This document shows, in pieces, positions 38,291-48,083 of a stretch of 64,000 nucleotides of DNA. A program made the position numbers and the translations under genes. The DNA comes from Bacteroidales bacterium. Lineage in GTDB: Bacteria > Bacteroidota > Bacteroidia > Bacteroidales > UBA932. How positions within the stretch are numbered: the stretch's first letter is position 1; every line of letters begins with the position of its first letter. The stretch is from assembly GCA_015060405.1 (NCBI GenBank), contig SUYN01000015.1, forward strand, positions 2,821-66,820. The letters are read 5' to 3'. The notes under the pieces are model-generated. The model saw only the letters and a program-made list of their open reading frames with translations. It made no database searches and had not been told where the DNA came from.

Positions 38291-39642
38291 TACTTTTCTA
38301 TTTTCCAGATTTTGTACTCGTATGCTTCGAGATTCAGGGCGGCAGGTATTGTCTCTGACTTGCCGGTCATCATGTTGACAGCCTTGTCGCCGGCGCGTTC
38401 CATAGGGGTCTTGACCTGCACTGCAGAACCGCTTGTGTTCGCTGTCACCAGCAGACCGCCTTTGTAGTAGATGGACACCAGGTCGCCGGTGTTATACAGA
38501 ACCGGTTCCTCGCCCCTTAAATCGGCAGACTCCTGATAGGCTGCCATAACTTTCTGATACTCTTCGGTATATGAAGGGTTGCTGTCCCAGTCCATCACTG
38601 TGGTAGTGAAGAAACTGAGGGTCTTGGCATATCCGATTTCCTGCGAACTGTATATGAGAGGGATGCCACCCATGTATGCGGAAATCACGAATGCCGCCAT
38701 CGCTCCTCTTTCTCCTTTATACATGGAGATAGGTGAGGACTCGTTCATTGCCTTGTCGTGGTTAGTGGAGAATCTCAGTCTGTCCTTACCTTCTGCGAGT
38801 CCCTTGTATTCGTTCTCATGAGCCTCATACAGTTTGGCGACTGTCGTGCGTCCGCTGAACAGGGAGGCAAGCTTTGACTGGAAATCCCATCCGTAAAGCA
38901 TCTGGAAACCGCAGTCAAGGAGCTTGAGCTCCGATCCTTCGGCGAGCAGGACTGCATCCGGCTTGAGTGCGAGAACCGCATCCAGAGCCTCGCTCCAGTA
39001 GTCCATAGGCACTCCGTCGGCATAGTCACATCTGAAGCCGTCGATGTCGGCCTCTCTGATCCAATAGGTCATTGCCTCAGTCATGGCGGCGCGCAGTTCC
39101 TTGTTGTTGAAGTTCAGGTCTGCAACGTCGTTCCAGCCCATTCCTGCAGGTGACATTATGTTTCCGTTCGCATCCTTTGTGTACCAGTCAGGATGCTCGC
39201 TTATCCATACATTGTCCCATGATGTGTGATTGGCAATCCAGTCAAGTATGACCTTCATGTCCATGGAATGTGCCTTCTTTACAAGGGACTTGAGGTCGTC
39301 CATGGTTCCATAGGAGCTGTTCACGGCCTTGAAGTCGCGGATGCAGTAAGGAGAACCTACCGCATTCTTCGAACCCTGCTGCTGGATCGGCATGAGCCAG
39401 ATCACGTTCACTCCGAGGTCCTGGATCTCGTCAAGACGCTCCTCTATGGCCTTGAGTGACTTGCTTGAGGCGAATACCTTAGGATTTGCCTCATATATCA
39501 CCATTGTGTTTCCCGGTTCCGATACGCCGGGAGTGTCCGGACCCGTCGGATCGACAGGGCCTTTGCCGTCATCTCCACAGCTGACTGCGCTCAAGGCGAG
39601 CGCAGCCAGAATGGAAATGAATAAAGTCTTGGAAAACTTCAT
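38290..39642 (-). CDS. GH13 alpha-amylase-family lipoprotein (paralog 1)
   Basis: 450 aa. Lipobox (LSAVSC). GH13 regions I-IV: 'LDWIANHTS', 'GFRCDYADGVP', 'VLLAEGSE', 'FSTNHDKA'. Its stop overlaps the next start by 1 nt (TAATG on the minus strand). Confidence 0.9.
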   Translation of the reverse strand: MKFSKTLFISILAALALSAVSCGDDGKGPVDPTGPDTPGVSEPGNTMVIYEANPKVFASSKSLKAIEERLDEIQDLGVNVIWLMPIQQQGSKNAVGSPYCIRDFKAVNSSYGTMDDLKSLVKKAHSMDMKVILDWIANHTSWDNVWISEHPDWYTKDANGNIMSPAGMGWNDVADLNFNNKELRAAMTEAMTYWIREADIDGFRCDYADGVPMDYWSEALDAVLALKPDAVLLAEGSELKLLDCGFQMLYGWDFQSKLASLFSGRTTVAKLYEAHENEYKGLAEGKDRLRFSTNHDKAMNESSPISMYKGERGAMAAFVISAYMGGIPLIYSSQEIGYAKTLSFFTTTVMDWDSNPSYTEEYQKVMAAYQESADLRGEEPVLYNTGDLVSIYYKGGLLVTANTSGSAVQVKTPMERAGDKAVNMMTGKSETIPAALNLEAYEYKIWKIEK

Positions 39643-39647
39643 TGTCT

Positions 39648-41483
39648 TTATTCGATTGGTGTTACACCTTCAGCTGTCACGGTCAGGAAGATGTCGCGGT
39701 CTGCCTTGATATTGTAGTCAGCAAGCTGCACTCCTGCACCATTGTTGTTGAAGATGAGGTTGCATGATGTCGCGAATCCCTCTGCAGGAATCTCGAACAC
39801 CTTGTACTCCTTTCCGTCAACGGTCTCGACAGTGCATGCAACTCCCGGCCATCCTCCGACAACGTCGTTGATGTCCCCCCATGAGTACATTGCGATGCCT
39901 TCCCAGCCTGTCTGGTCGTCGACATATACCTTCACAGCCGGTGCGGCTCCGATCTCGGCAGCCTCTGCACCTGCAACGAGGAAGTTGTATTCCGCGAGGG
40001 CGACAACTGGAGCATCGTACTGTGTTCCGGCGCCATTGTTGTTGAAGATCGGGTGATATTCGAGTCCGTATGCTGTTGCTGTCGTCTCGATTCTGCTGTA
40101 AGCGACACCGCCGCAAGTCAGGTTGTTCTCGACAGCCGCACCAGGCCATCCTCCGAAGAGTTCAGGCAGGGCGTCGCCCCATGCATAGATGCTTGTAGCC
40201 TCCCATCCGGTGTTGTTCTGGATGTAGAACACTACAGGAACCGGTTCTGCAGGAACCTCTGGCTCCTCGCCGTTCTCCTTGCCTGTGCAGTCCTGGCAGC
40301 CTTCGCAGTCGCAGCCACAACCGCCTGTCTCGCCACCTTCGTTTCCGCCTTCGTCGCCACCTTCGTCACCTCCGACAGGTTCGCGGTTGAACGGATCCTC
40401 GATAACGATGCAGTCCTTCTCTCCGTAGATCAGGAAGAAGTGGTCGACCACATCAGCGCTGAATGTCACTGCCATGTCACCGGTCTGGATGCCGGCGCCG
40501 TTGTTGTTGAAGATGAGGTTCTGTGCAAGTCCCTCGACATCAGCTATGGCATACTCGAAGTATGTGTACTCTACGCCTGCGATCTTTGCAGTTCCTGCAG
40601 GCTGTACGCCTGGCCATCCGCCGCCGAGGTCGTTGACATCACCCCACTGGTAGAGTGCTACAGCCTCCCAGCCGGCCTGGTTGTCGACATATACGCGGAT
40701 GGTGCCCTCGTGTGACGGGATAGAGTTTGCCACCTCGACACCCTCGTCAGTGATGGTGAGGAAGTACTCGTCCTTGTCAAGGGTCACGTTGTAGTCAGCG
40801 AGCTGTGAACCGTTGCCGTTGTTGTTGAAGATGAGGTTGAGGTTCAGGCCTCTGTTAGCCTCACCGAGATCGAAATATGTCCAGTTTGTACCGTCGATGG
40901 CGATCTCGCCTGTAGGCTGCATGCCCGGCCATCCGCCGAAAGCCTCGGCATCGCCCCATGCATAGAGTGCAAGTGCATCCCAGCTTGTCTGGTTGTTGAC
41001 ATATACTACAGGACCGTCATGCTCGAGCTCAGGAGCCACATAGAAGAACATGTTCCAGTAAGATACATAGATGTTGGCTCTTGTACCTGGAGCGAAGTCC
41101 TCTGTGCGGTTTACAGCCTCGTTCTTTGCAGTCCTTTCCTCTCCCTCGCGTACAGACACGAAACGGTAGCCGTCGGCAAGTGTCTTTCCGCTCTCGAAAG
41201 CAGAAGGATCAAGGTAGATACCCCACTTCTTGTCGATAGTGGTAGACTTTTCAAGATGCCATCTTACATCCTTGGCGGCAACTTCGTCACCTCCGTTGAA
41301 TGCTCCGGAGATGTAGATTACATCGTCAGCCTTCGTGCTTGAAGGAACGATGACCTCAAGGAGGATCATACCATCCTTGGTTTCAAAGGCAGGCTGCTCG
41401 TGGTCGAAAACGATCTCCTCCTGGGTACAAGCACCAAGAAGCATCATCAGCGGCAGCAGAAGCCAGTTAAATATCTTTTTCAT
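39648..41483 (-). CDS. SusE/SusF-like starch-binding outer-membrane lipoprotein with four tandem CBM repeats
   Basis: 611 aa. Lipobox (LLGAC). Four ~95-aa repeats share 'W(D/E)A..(L/I)Y.WGD....GGWPG......(I/V).G..Y..F.......NLIFNNNG.G.Q..D'. It sits directly after SusD. An acidic Gly/Cys linker separates repeats 2 and 3. Confidence 0.8.
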   Translation of the reverse strand: MKKIFNWLLLPLMMLLGACTQEEIVFDHEQPAFETKDGMILLEVIVPSSTKADDVIYISGAFNGGDEVAAKDVRWHLEKSTTIDKKWGIYLDPSAFESGKTLADGYRFVSVREGEERTAKNEAVNRTEDFAPGTRANIYVSYWNMFFYVAPELEHDGPVVYVNNQTSWDALALYAWGDAEAFGGWPGMQPTGEIAIDGTNWTYFDLGEANRGLNLNLIFNNNGNGSQLADYNVTLDKDEYFLTITDEGVEVANSIPSHEGTIRVYVDNQAGWEAVALYQWGDVNDLGGGWPGVQPAGTAKIAGVEYTYFEYAIADVEGLAQNLIFNNNGAGIQTGDMAVTFSADVVDHFFLIYGEKDCIVIEDPFNREPVGGDEGGDEGGNEGGETGGCGCDCEGCQDCTGKENGEEPEVPAEPVPVVFYIQNNTGWEATSIYAWGDALPELFGGWPGAAVENNLTCGGVAYSRIETTATAYGLEYHPIFNNNGAGTQYDAPVVALAEYNFLVAGAEAAEIGAAPAVKVYVDDQTGWEGIAMYSWGDINDVVGGWPGVACTVETVDGKEYKVFEIPAEGFATSCNLIFNNNGAGVQLADYNIKADRDIFLTVTAEGVTPIE

Positions 41484-41496
41484 TCTTTATGATCTG

Positions 41497-43305
41497 TTAA
41501 TAGTTAGGATTCTGAACAAGACCTGGGTTCACCAGAAGGGCAGAAGCCGGGAGAGGATACCACTCGTACTTCCTGTCACGCTGTGCAGGGTATGAACCGT
41601 ATCCGTCAGCTTCAACTCGTCCGAAGAACCACCACTGGCCCTGAGTGAACTGGTCAAAACGGCGGAGGTCTGTACGGCGACGGCGACCCTCACCGAGGAA
41701 TTCTATACCCCACTCATGGAGCATCCAGTCCTCATCGTATGAAGTGAAGCCCATAGGAAGTGCAAGAGCATCATCGGCATTGTCGAAATACCTTGACTTC
41801 ACGCTCTTTACAAGCTCCTTGGCTGCGTCTGTCTGACCTGCACGGAGCTTGCACTCTGCAAGTGTGTAGACAACCTCTGCAAGACGGAACTCAACCTCGT
41901 CGATGTTCTGGAAGTCGATTCCGGCAGCCTCAGGATAGATAGGATACTTGATCATACGGATTCCTGAGTTTGTCTCACCCCAACGCGGGTGCATGACTGT
42001 CTGGAGAGGTGTGCCGAGATTGAGGAATGTTCCCACCTGGTCAACATACACAAGGTCCTGTCCCTCACGGTCAGCGTCAGCCTTGAGCGGTGTAGTGCCG
42101 TCGTAGCTCATCATGGCGCCCTTGAGGAACATACCTCCGTTCCATGTTCCGTCCTCTTCGGCACGGAAGTTTGCCTTTACACGGATGTCGTTCTTGTTGA
42201 ATCTTTCATATACGGCTCCGAGCTTGTCTCCATAACCGGCAGCCGGATCAAGGAAACACTTCGCTCCGGTAGAACCGCCGAGGTTCTGGACTTCACCTGA
42301 GTTGTCGAATGAAGGAGCAAGGCAGGTACAGTTCCAGCCTGACTGCTCGTAAGTTCCGCCCATGTACTCCCAGATGTTGTATGGAAGGCTAGGCATGTTT
42401 TTCATCCATCCGATGTTGAGCTGGCCGACTTCAGTCGCGAAGGCCATCACGACCTCAGGACAGTTCACGTTGTCGATGGTGTAGATGTCCCTGTGGTCTG
42501 AAGCGATGCTGTAGGTACCATACTTTCCGTCGAGGATCTCCTGTGCAAGCACTGCACACTCGTCATATTTCTTCACTCCTGTGAATACTTCAGAGTTGAG
42601 GAGCATACGCATCTTGAGCATACGGTTCACAGCCTGGTTCATTCTGTTTGCCTCGTTCTGTGGAAGAGCCTCCCAGCAGCCGTCAAGCTCGTCGACGATG
42701 AAGTCGAAGATCTTCTGGCAGCTTGTAGCGAAATCAGGGTCAGCTGTACCAGGGATTTCTGCAGACTCTGCAGATGCCTTGATGTTGAGAGGAAGGGCTC
42801 CGCCCCAGATCTCATATATATTATAGTATGCCCATGCACGGAGGGTGCGGCACTCTGCGATGTAGAGGTCAAGCTTCTCCTGAGTCATTCCTATAGCTTC
42901 AGGAGCAACCTTGCCGAGTTCGTAGATTACGTTGTTGGCAAGTCCGATAGTGGTCCATGCCTTTTCCCAAGCCTGACGTACGATTGTAGACTCGGCATTC
43001 CAAGTGTGTGATGAAAGCACGAATTTGAGCGCCTCATCCCATCCCCAGGCACCTCCGTTCCAGGTTCTCCATGCAATCTGGTCGGCAGAGAACTCCTGAA
43101 GATACCAGAAATACTCACAGTAACCGTATGCTGCCTCTGCGTAGATGGCTCCTACGGCACCCTGCACACTCGCCTCGTCAGCATAGTAGACTGAACCGTC
43201 CACTCTGTCGAATACCTCTTCATCAAGGTTGAAGCATGAAGTATATGACACGCAGGCTGCGAGCAGCAGTGCAATATTCAATATATATCTTTTCATTTCA
43301 TTCAT
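41497..43305 (-). CDS. SusD-family starch/alpha-glucan-binding lipoprotein
   Basis: 602 aa. Lipobox (VSYTSC). SusD-type helical core ('RTLRAWAYYNIYEIWGG', 'FRLAEVVYTLAECKLRAG'). Lies 4 nt downstream of SusC. Confidence 0.9.
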   Translation of the reverse strand: MNEMKRYILNIALLLAACVSYTSCFNLDEEVFDRVDGSVYYADEASVQGAVGAIYAEAAYGYCEYFWYLQEFSADQIAWRTWNGGAWGWDEALKFVLSSHTWNAESTIVRQAWEKAWTTIGLANNVIYELGKVAPEAIGMTQEKLDLYIAECRTLRAWAYYNIYEIWGGALPLNIKASAESAEIPGTADPDFATSCQKIFDFIVDELDGCWEALPQNEANRMNQAVNRMLKMRMLLNSEVFTGVKKYDECAVLAQEILDGKYGTYSIASDHRDIYTIDNVNCPEVVMAFATEVGQLNIGWMKNMPSLPYNIWEYMGGTYEQSGWNCTCLAPSFDNSGEVQNLGGSTGAKCFLDPAAGYGDKLGAVYERFNKNDIRVKANFRAEEDGTWNGGMFLKGAMMSYDGTTPLKADADREGQDLVYVDQVGTFLNLGTPLQTVMHPRWGETNSGIRMIKYPIYPEAAGIDFQNIDEVEFRLAEVVYTLAECKLRAGQTDAAKELVKSVKSRYFDNADDALALPMGFTSYDEDWMLHEWGIEFLGEGRRRRTDLRRFDQFTQGQWWFFGRVEADGYGSYPAQRDRKYEWYPLPASALLVNPGLVQNPNY

Positions 43306-43309
43306 TTTG

Positions 43310-46255
43310 TTAGAAGTTCATTGTAAGACCAAGTGTCACCTGAGCTGCAAGAGGGTAAGCTCCTGAGTTGTCAATGCTTGGTGTAAGACCGTTTGAAGCA
43401 AGGATAGACGGATCATTTCCTGAGTAGCCTGTGAGGGTGAAGAGGTTCTTTGCAGAAACATATACCCTCATCTTCTTCATGATGTCGGTGTTTGACGGTG
43501 TGAAGTTGTAGCCGAGTGTAAGGCTCTCAAGCTTGAACCAGTCACCCTTCTCAAGGAAATATGATGAGATCACACCACCGCTGGCATATACGTTCTTGTC
43601 CTCGAGATAAGCTGAACGGAGGACGTTGTCAGAACCAGCACCGATCAGACCCATGCCGTACTTCTGCATGTTGAAGATCTCGAATCCGAGGGCTCCTCTG
43701 AAGAATACGTTGAGGTCGAAGTTCTTGTAACGGAGAGTGTTGTTCAATGACACGAAGTGGGTAGGGACACCGTTGCCGATGTATCTCTTCTCTGCAGGAT
43801 CTGCTGTAGAAGCGAGTACCGGACCGTTTGCAGTCTCGACGAGGATGTTTCCTTCTTCATCGATGCCGGCATGCTCAAAGCCGTAGAACTGTCCTACCTT
43901 GCTGCCTTCCTGAACGCGGAAGAAGTACTCGTTAGCACCTACGCCGCCCTTTGAACCCATGTCCACGTAAGAAGCCTTGTAGATGTTGTTCGAGAGGTTC
44001 TTCATGATGGTGTTGCCTGTAGACCAGTTTACGCCCATTGTCCAGGTGAGTTCCTTTGTGGAGATGATATCACCGTCAACTGCAAGCTCGATACCTCTGT
44101 TCTGGGTTGTACCTACGTTCACAAGGATGCTTGAGTAGATATAAGGAGGTTGTGGAGCGGTGTAGTTGTAAAGGAGGTCCTGTGACTGTCTGTCGAAGAG
44201 GTCCACCGAACCGCGGAGTCTTCCGTTGAGGAGAACGAAGTCAACTCCGATGTTGGTGCTGACGAGCTTCTCCCATGCGAGACCTGGGTTTGCGTTGAGT
44301 GAAGGAGCATATCCTGTCACCCACTGGCCGTTGAAGAAGTAGCTGTTACGTGTGCTGTATGTAGACAGTGACTGGTAAGAGCCGAAGCCTGAACGTCCTG
44401 TCACACCATATGATACACGTGGCTTGAGGCTCTGGACGATGTGTCCGTGATCCTGGAGGAAAGGCATGTTCGCCATTTCCCAGGCTACGGAAGCAGCAGG
44501 GAAGTAACCCCACTTGTTGTTCGCACCGAACTTGGTCGATCCCTCGTAACGGAGAGAAGCGGAAGCCATGATGATGTCTTTCCAGTTGTAGTTGACACGG
44601 CCGAACACTGAAACAAGCTTTGAAAGAGACTTGCCTGAGTACATTGAAGCCTTACCGTCAGCAAGATATGAACCTGCGCCGATGTTGTTGTACTTCATGT
44701 TGTCGAATGTGAAGTTCTGGTTGGACATTCCCATCGACTCGTTGTTGGAATCCTCCCATGTGTAACCTGCGACAGCCTGGATGCTGTGGTCCTGGAGATA
44801 CATCGAATAGTTCACGAGCCACTCGAAGTGGTTGCTCCAGTACTTGCTGTAGTCAAGTGATGCGGATCCCTTGTAGCCGTCCCAATATGACTGACCTGAA
44901 TCGGCAGGTCTGTAGTTGTTCGACTTGAAGTCGTTGTAGTCAAGTGAGTAGCTTACTGTAGTGTTGAGGTTGTGTACATCTGTAGTGAGGATGTTGAGCT
45001 TGCCTGAAACTGTACCGAGCAGGTAGAGTCTCTGACCGTTGCTGTTGCCCTCGAGAAGTACCATCTCCTTGTAAGGGTTACGTGCACCTGTAGGAGAGGT
45101 AGGCTGGTAGAATGAGCCGTCCTCGTTGTATACAGGCATTGTAGGGTTCATTGTGAGAGCCGTTCCGAACATCCCGTCGTTGCCCCACTCCTCGTTCACA
45201 CGGCGTGCGTTGATGGATGCGTTGACCTGGAGCTTGTTCATGAATGCCTTCTGCTCTACAGCTACGCGACCGCCGAATTCCTTACGGCCTGAACGGATGT
45301 CAAGACCCTTTGCGTCCTTGTAGTTGATAGAAGCGTTGTAAGAACCGCCCTTTGTGCTTCCGTCGATGGCAAGGTACTGGTTGTGGTCGTAACCGAAATC
45401 TCTCATGAGAAGGCTGTACCAGTCTGTGCTGTAGCCATAGTCTGTGCCACGGCCCGATCTGCGGAACTCATCGGCAGAGAGGATCTCCGGATGTGGCTTA
45501 GCGAGGTTCATTCCGAACCAGCTGTCGTATGTGATGCCTGAAACGCCCTCACCTCCTTCAGAACCCTTGCGGGTGGTGATGAGGATGACACCGTTTGCAC
45601 CTCGTGTACCATAGATCGCTGCTGATGCGGCGTCCTTGAGCACTGTCATTGACTCGATGTCCTGAGGGGCGATTGTCCTGATGTCTCCGCCAGGGACGCC
45701 GTCGATGACAACGAGAGGGTTGTTGCCGGCCTGAAGTGAAGTCGCTCCACGTACCTGGAGGTCTGAGCTTGAGTTAGGATTAGCAGCGGCAGCTGTGGTC
45801 ACGTTGAGTCCGGCTACCTTACCGGTCAACATTTCCATAGGGTTGTTCATCGCGCCTTTGAAGAGGTCATCCTTCTCCACCTGGACGATAGAGCTGGAAA
45901 GTTCCTTCTTGCTCAACGAACCGTAACCGATGACAACGGTTTCCTCAAGGAACATCGTGTCCTCGGTAAGGACGATTGTTGCCGGCACTGCTGAAGCCGG
46001 ATAGGTCTGTGTCGCATAGCCGATGCAGCTGATCTCCACAATGGCGTCACGACTTGAAACCTTGAGGGAATAGTCGCCGTCAAGACCGGTGGATGTTCCG
46101 TTTGCCGTTCCCTGCTCCAGGATGGTAGCGGCAACGACGGGACCATACTCATCGACAACTGTTCCCTTAACCTCATAGCCGTTCTGAGCGGCTGCTGAAA
46201 GCGAGATGACGCAGGATAGTGCGAAACCCGCAAGTAAGGTCATTATTCGATTCAT
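43310..46255 (-). CDS. SusC-family TonB-dependent transporter
   Basis: 981 aa. Signal peptide, carboxypeptidase-regulatory-like domain ('VKGTVVDEYGPVVAATILEQGTANGTSTGLDGDYSLKV'), plug ('VLKDAASAAIYGTRGANGVILITTRKG'), barrel ending '...LGLTMNF'. Confidence 0.93.
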   Translation of the reverse strand: MNRIMTLLAGFALSCVISLSAAAQNGYEVKGTVVDEYGPVVAATILEQGTANGTSTGLDGDYSLKVSSRDAIVEISCIGYATQTYPASAVPATIVLTEDTMFLEETVVIGYGSLSKKELSSSIVQVEKDDLFKGAMNNPMEMLTGKVAGLNVTTAAAANPNSSSDLQVRGATSLQAGNNPLVVIDGVPGGDIRTIAPQDIESMTVLKDAASAAIYGTRGANGVILITTRKGSEGGEGVSGITYDSWFGMNLAKPHPEILSADEFRRSGRGTDYGYSTDWYSLLMRDFGYDHNQYLAIDGSTKGGSYNASINYKDAKGLDIRSGRKEFGGRVAVEQKAFMNKLQVNASINARRVNEEWGNDGMFGTALTMNPTMPVYNEDGSFYQPTSPTGARNPYKEMVLLEGNSNGQRLYLLGTVSGKLNILTTDVHNLNTTVSYSLDYNDFKSNNYRPADSGQSYWDGYKGSASLDYSKYWSNHFEWLVNYSMYLQDHSIQAVAGYTWEDSNNESMGMSNQNFTFDNMKYNNIGAGSYLADGKASMYSGKSLSKLVSVFGRVNYNWKDIIMASASLRYEGSTKFGANNKWGYFPAASVAWEMANMPFLQDHGHIVQSLKPRVSYGVTGRSGFGSYQSLSTYSTRNSYFFNGQWVTGYAPSLNANPGLAWEKLVSTNIGVDFVLLNGRLRGSVDLFDRQSQDLLYNYTAPQPPYIYSSILVNVGTTQNRGIELAVDGDIISTKELTWTMGVNWSTGNTIMKNLSNNIYKASYVDMGSKGGVGANEYFFRVQEGSKVGQFYGFEHAGIDEEGNILVETANGPVLASTADPAEKRYIGNGVPTHFVSLNNTLRYKNFDLNVFFRGALGFEIFNMQKYGMGLIGAGSDNVLRSAYLEDKNVYASGGVISSYFLEKGDWFKLESLTLGYNFTPSNTDIMKKMRVYVSAKNLFTLTGYSGNDPSILASNGLTPSIDNSGAYPLAAQVTLGLTMNF

Positions 46256-46386
46256 AGATTTGTTGGTTGTGTTTTTGAATGGTTAATGTTTGTGCGGCAA
46301 AGTAACCCATTTCGCGCGTGTAAAGGAAAATATAAAGGTGTTGTATTGACGTTTTTAGGTTATGTAAAAAATAAAGTGCTGATAGT

Positions 46387-46394
46387 CAAAGTTA
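46387..46394 (-). promoter_or_regulatory. Candidate -7 box (TAACTTTG on the minus strand) upstream of susC-like gene
   Basis: Exact TAnnTTTG match about 130 nt upstream of the SusC start, in the 208-nt gap after the regulator gene. No -33 TTTG at the expected spacing. Confidence 0.25.
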
Positions 46395-46463
46395 TATAAC
46401 TTATCATATCTGCACTTTGTATTAATGCTTTATAAGGCTTCATTGCCTTGTGCCGTCGTGTGT

Positions 46464-48020
46464 CTATCCGATTTCCACAGCTTTTATGCGCTTCTCGAAC
46501 TCGTCGTTGTCCACAATGCTTTTGGTCTTCACGCGGGTCTTGTAGGTATAGATTGTGTGTACGGAATAATTCAGGAATCGGGCGATCTTCTCGCTGTCGT
46601 TGATGCCCAGACGTATCAGAGCGAAGATCCTCATCTCTGATGTGAGTGATGTCGCGTTCGGGTCAATATAACCTTCAGGGAAGAGTTTCGCATATTCGTT
46701 GACAAACGACGGGAATATGTTGAGGAAGCACTTGTCGAAGGATTCGTACATGCTTTCGCGTTTCTTGTTGACCTTTGCCTGCTTGGAAATGTCGCGTAGA
46801 TCCTCATACTGACGGGCGGAGATCTTCTGATTGATGGTCTTGTAGAGCTCTTCGGCTTCGGCTATGAACTCGGAGTTGACATAGAACGAATGACCTATGT
46901 ATTCTTCCTTGATCCTGTTGGCTTCCTGAAGCTGCCGGCTCTTTTTCTGGAGCTTTCTGTGCTGTCTTCTGAATGCAGTTGCCGCAACGGTCAGCAATGT
47001 TACCATAAGGACACACAATACAGTTATTATGATCATGAGGTTCCTCTGCCTCACTATGGCGTCCAGCCGGGCCTTCTCAATGATGGGAAGGATAGGGTTT
47101 ATGCTGAGTTTCCTGTGTCTAGCGTTGTAGAAGTCCGCATCAGCGAGTGCCGTATGTATATAGGTATATGCCCTTTCGCTGTCATTTTCTTCACACAGCA
47201 TCTCTGCGAGGCGATAGAGGGCGGTAGTCTCCTTGGTCGCTGAAATTATGTCGTGAATGGCGGCCTTTGCCAGATAGACCATGGAACTGTCCTTTTGTCC
47301 GAGCGCCTTGAAGGCTCCGCCGATGCTGGAGTTGATTATGGCCTTGTTGTGGTCGCTGATGTCGTAGTCTGCGAGAAGCTTCTTATAGTACGCGATACAT
47401 TCGGAATAGTGCCAGTGCTTGATTTCGCATTGTGCTGTGGCGAATATATGCTGGTAGCTGTCCTTCGGCACTGCTGCCATGAGTGAATCCGCGTACATGG
47501 TGCCCAGGCGGGTGTATTCTATGCTGCAGCTCTCCGTGTCATTGAAATCGGAAGCGTCATAATACAGGCGGTTGTAGAGGGAGTAGTATTCGGCCCTGAC
47601 ATCCGGAGATACATTACGCACGTCCACATCCTCCATCTCATTGAACGCTTCATGGAAAAGACCGGACGAGAGGTAGCAGAAAACGAGGGCGCAGCGGGAA
47701 CGTACAATCTTGTCACTGTCCTGCATCTTCTCCGCCAGTTCGAGAGAACGTGTGGCATAGAAATATGCGGAATCGTATTTGAATGACTTGAATTCTTCGA
47801 ACAGGGCGTAGTTCAACTCATAGGCACGGCTGCAGGAGACATCGGCAAGCTCGTTTCTCAGCTGAATGATCCTGTCCTGTTTCTTCCGGACATATATCTC
47901 ACTGTTCTCAATGTGTTCATCAAGTGTCTTCAGGACATTGGCGAGGTCTTCCGCACCCCGGGAAGTGACAGCGGCTGCTGTCAGAGCTATGAATGCAGTC
48001 AGTAGTATTCTCATACGCAA
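46464..48020 (-). CDS. SusR-like membrane-spanning transcriptional regulator (periplasmic TPR-like sensor, one TM helix, cytoplasmic HTH)
   Basis: 518 aa. N-terminal signal/anchor, then ~320 aa of helical-repeat region. TM helix 'LMIIITVLCVLMVTLLTVAATAF'. Basic coiled coil 'RRQHRKLQKKSRQLQEANRIKEE'. C-terminal HTH 'IFALIRLGINDSEKIARFLNYSVHTIYTYKTRVKTK'. Lies directly upstream of susCD on the same strand. Confidence 0.7.
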   Translation of the reverse strand: MRMRILLTAFIALTAAAVTSRGAEDLANVLKTLDEHIENSEIYVRKKQDRIIQLRNELADVSCSRAYELNYALFEEFKSFKYDSAYFYATRSLELAEKMQDSDKIVRSRCALVFCYLSSGLFHEAFNEMEDVDVRNVSPDVRAEYYSLYNRLYYDASDFNDTESCSIEYTRLGTMYADSLMAAVPKDSYQHIFATAQCEIKHWHYSECIAYYKKLLADYDISDHNKAIINSSIGGAFKALGQKDSSMVYLAKAAIHDIISATKETTALYRLAEMLCEENDSERAYTYIHTALADADFYNARHRKLSINPILPIIEKARLDAIVRQRNLMIIITVLCVLMVTLLTVAATAFRRQHRKLQKKSRQLQEANRIKEEYIGHSFYVNSEFIAEAEELYKTINQKISARQYEDLRDISKQAKVNKKRESMYESFDKCFLNIFPSFVNEYAKLFPEGYIDPNATSLTSEMRIFALIRLGINDSEKIARFLNYSVHTIYTYKTRVKTKSIVDNDEFEKRIKAVEIG

Positions 48021-48083
48021 GTTCTGAAAGTGTTTGATCGTTGAATATATGAGGTCTGTTTTTCTTCCGTTTTGGGGAGGGGA

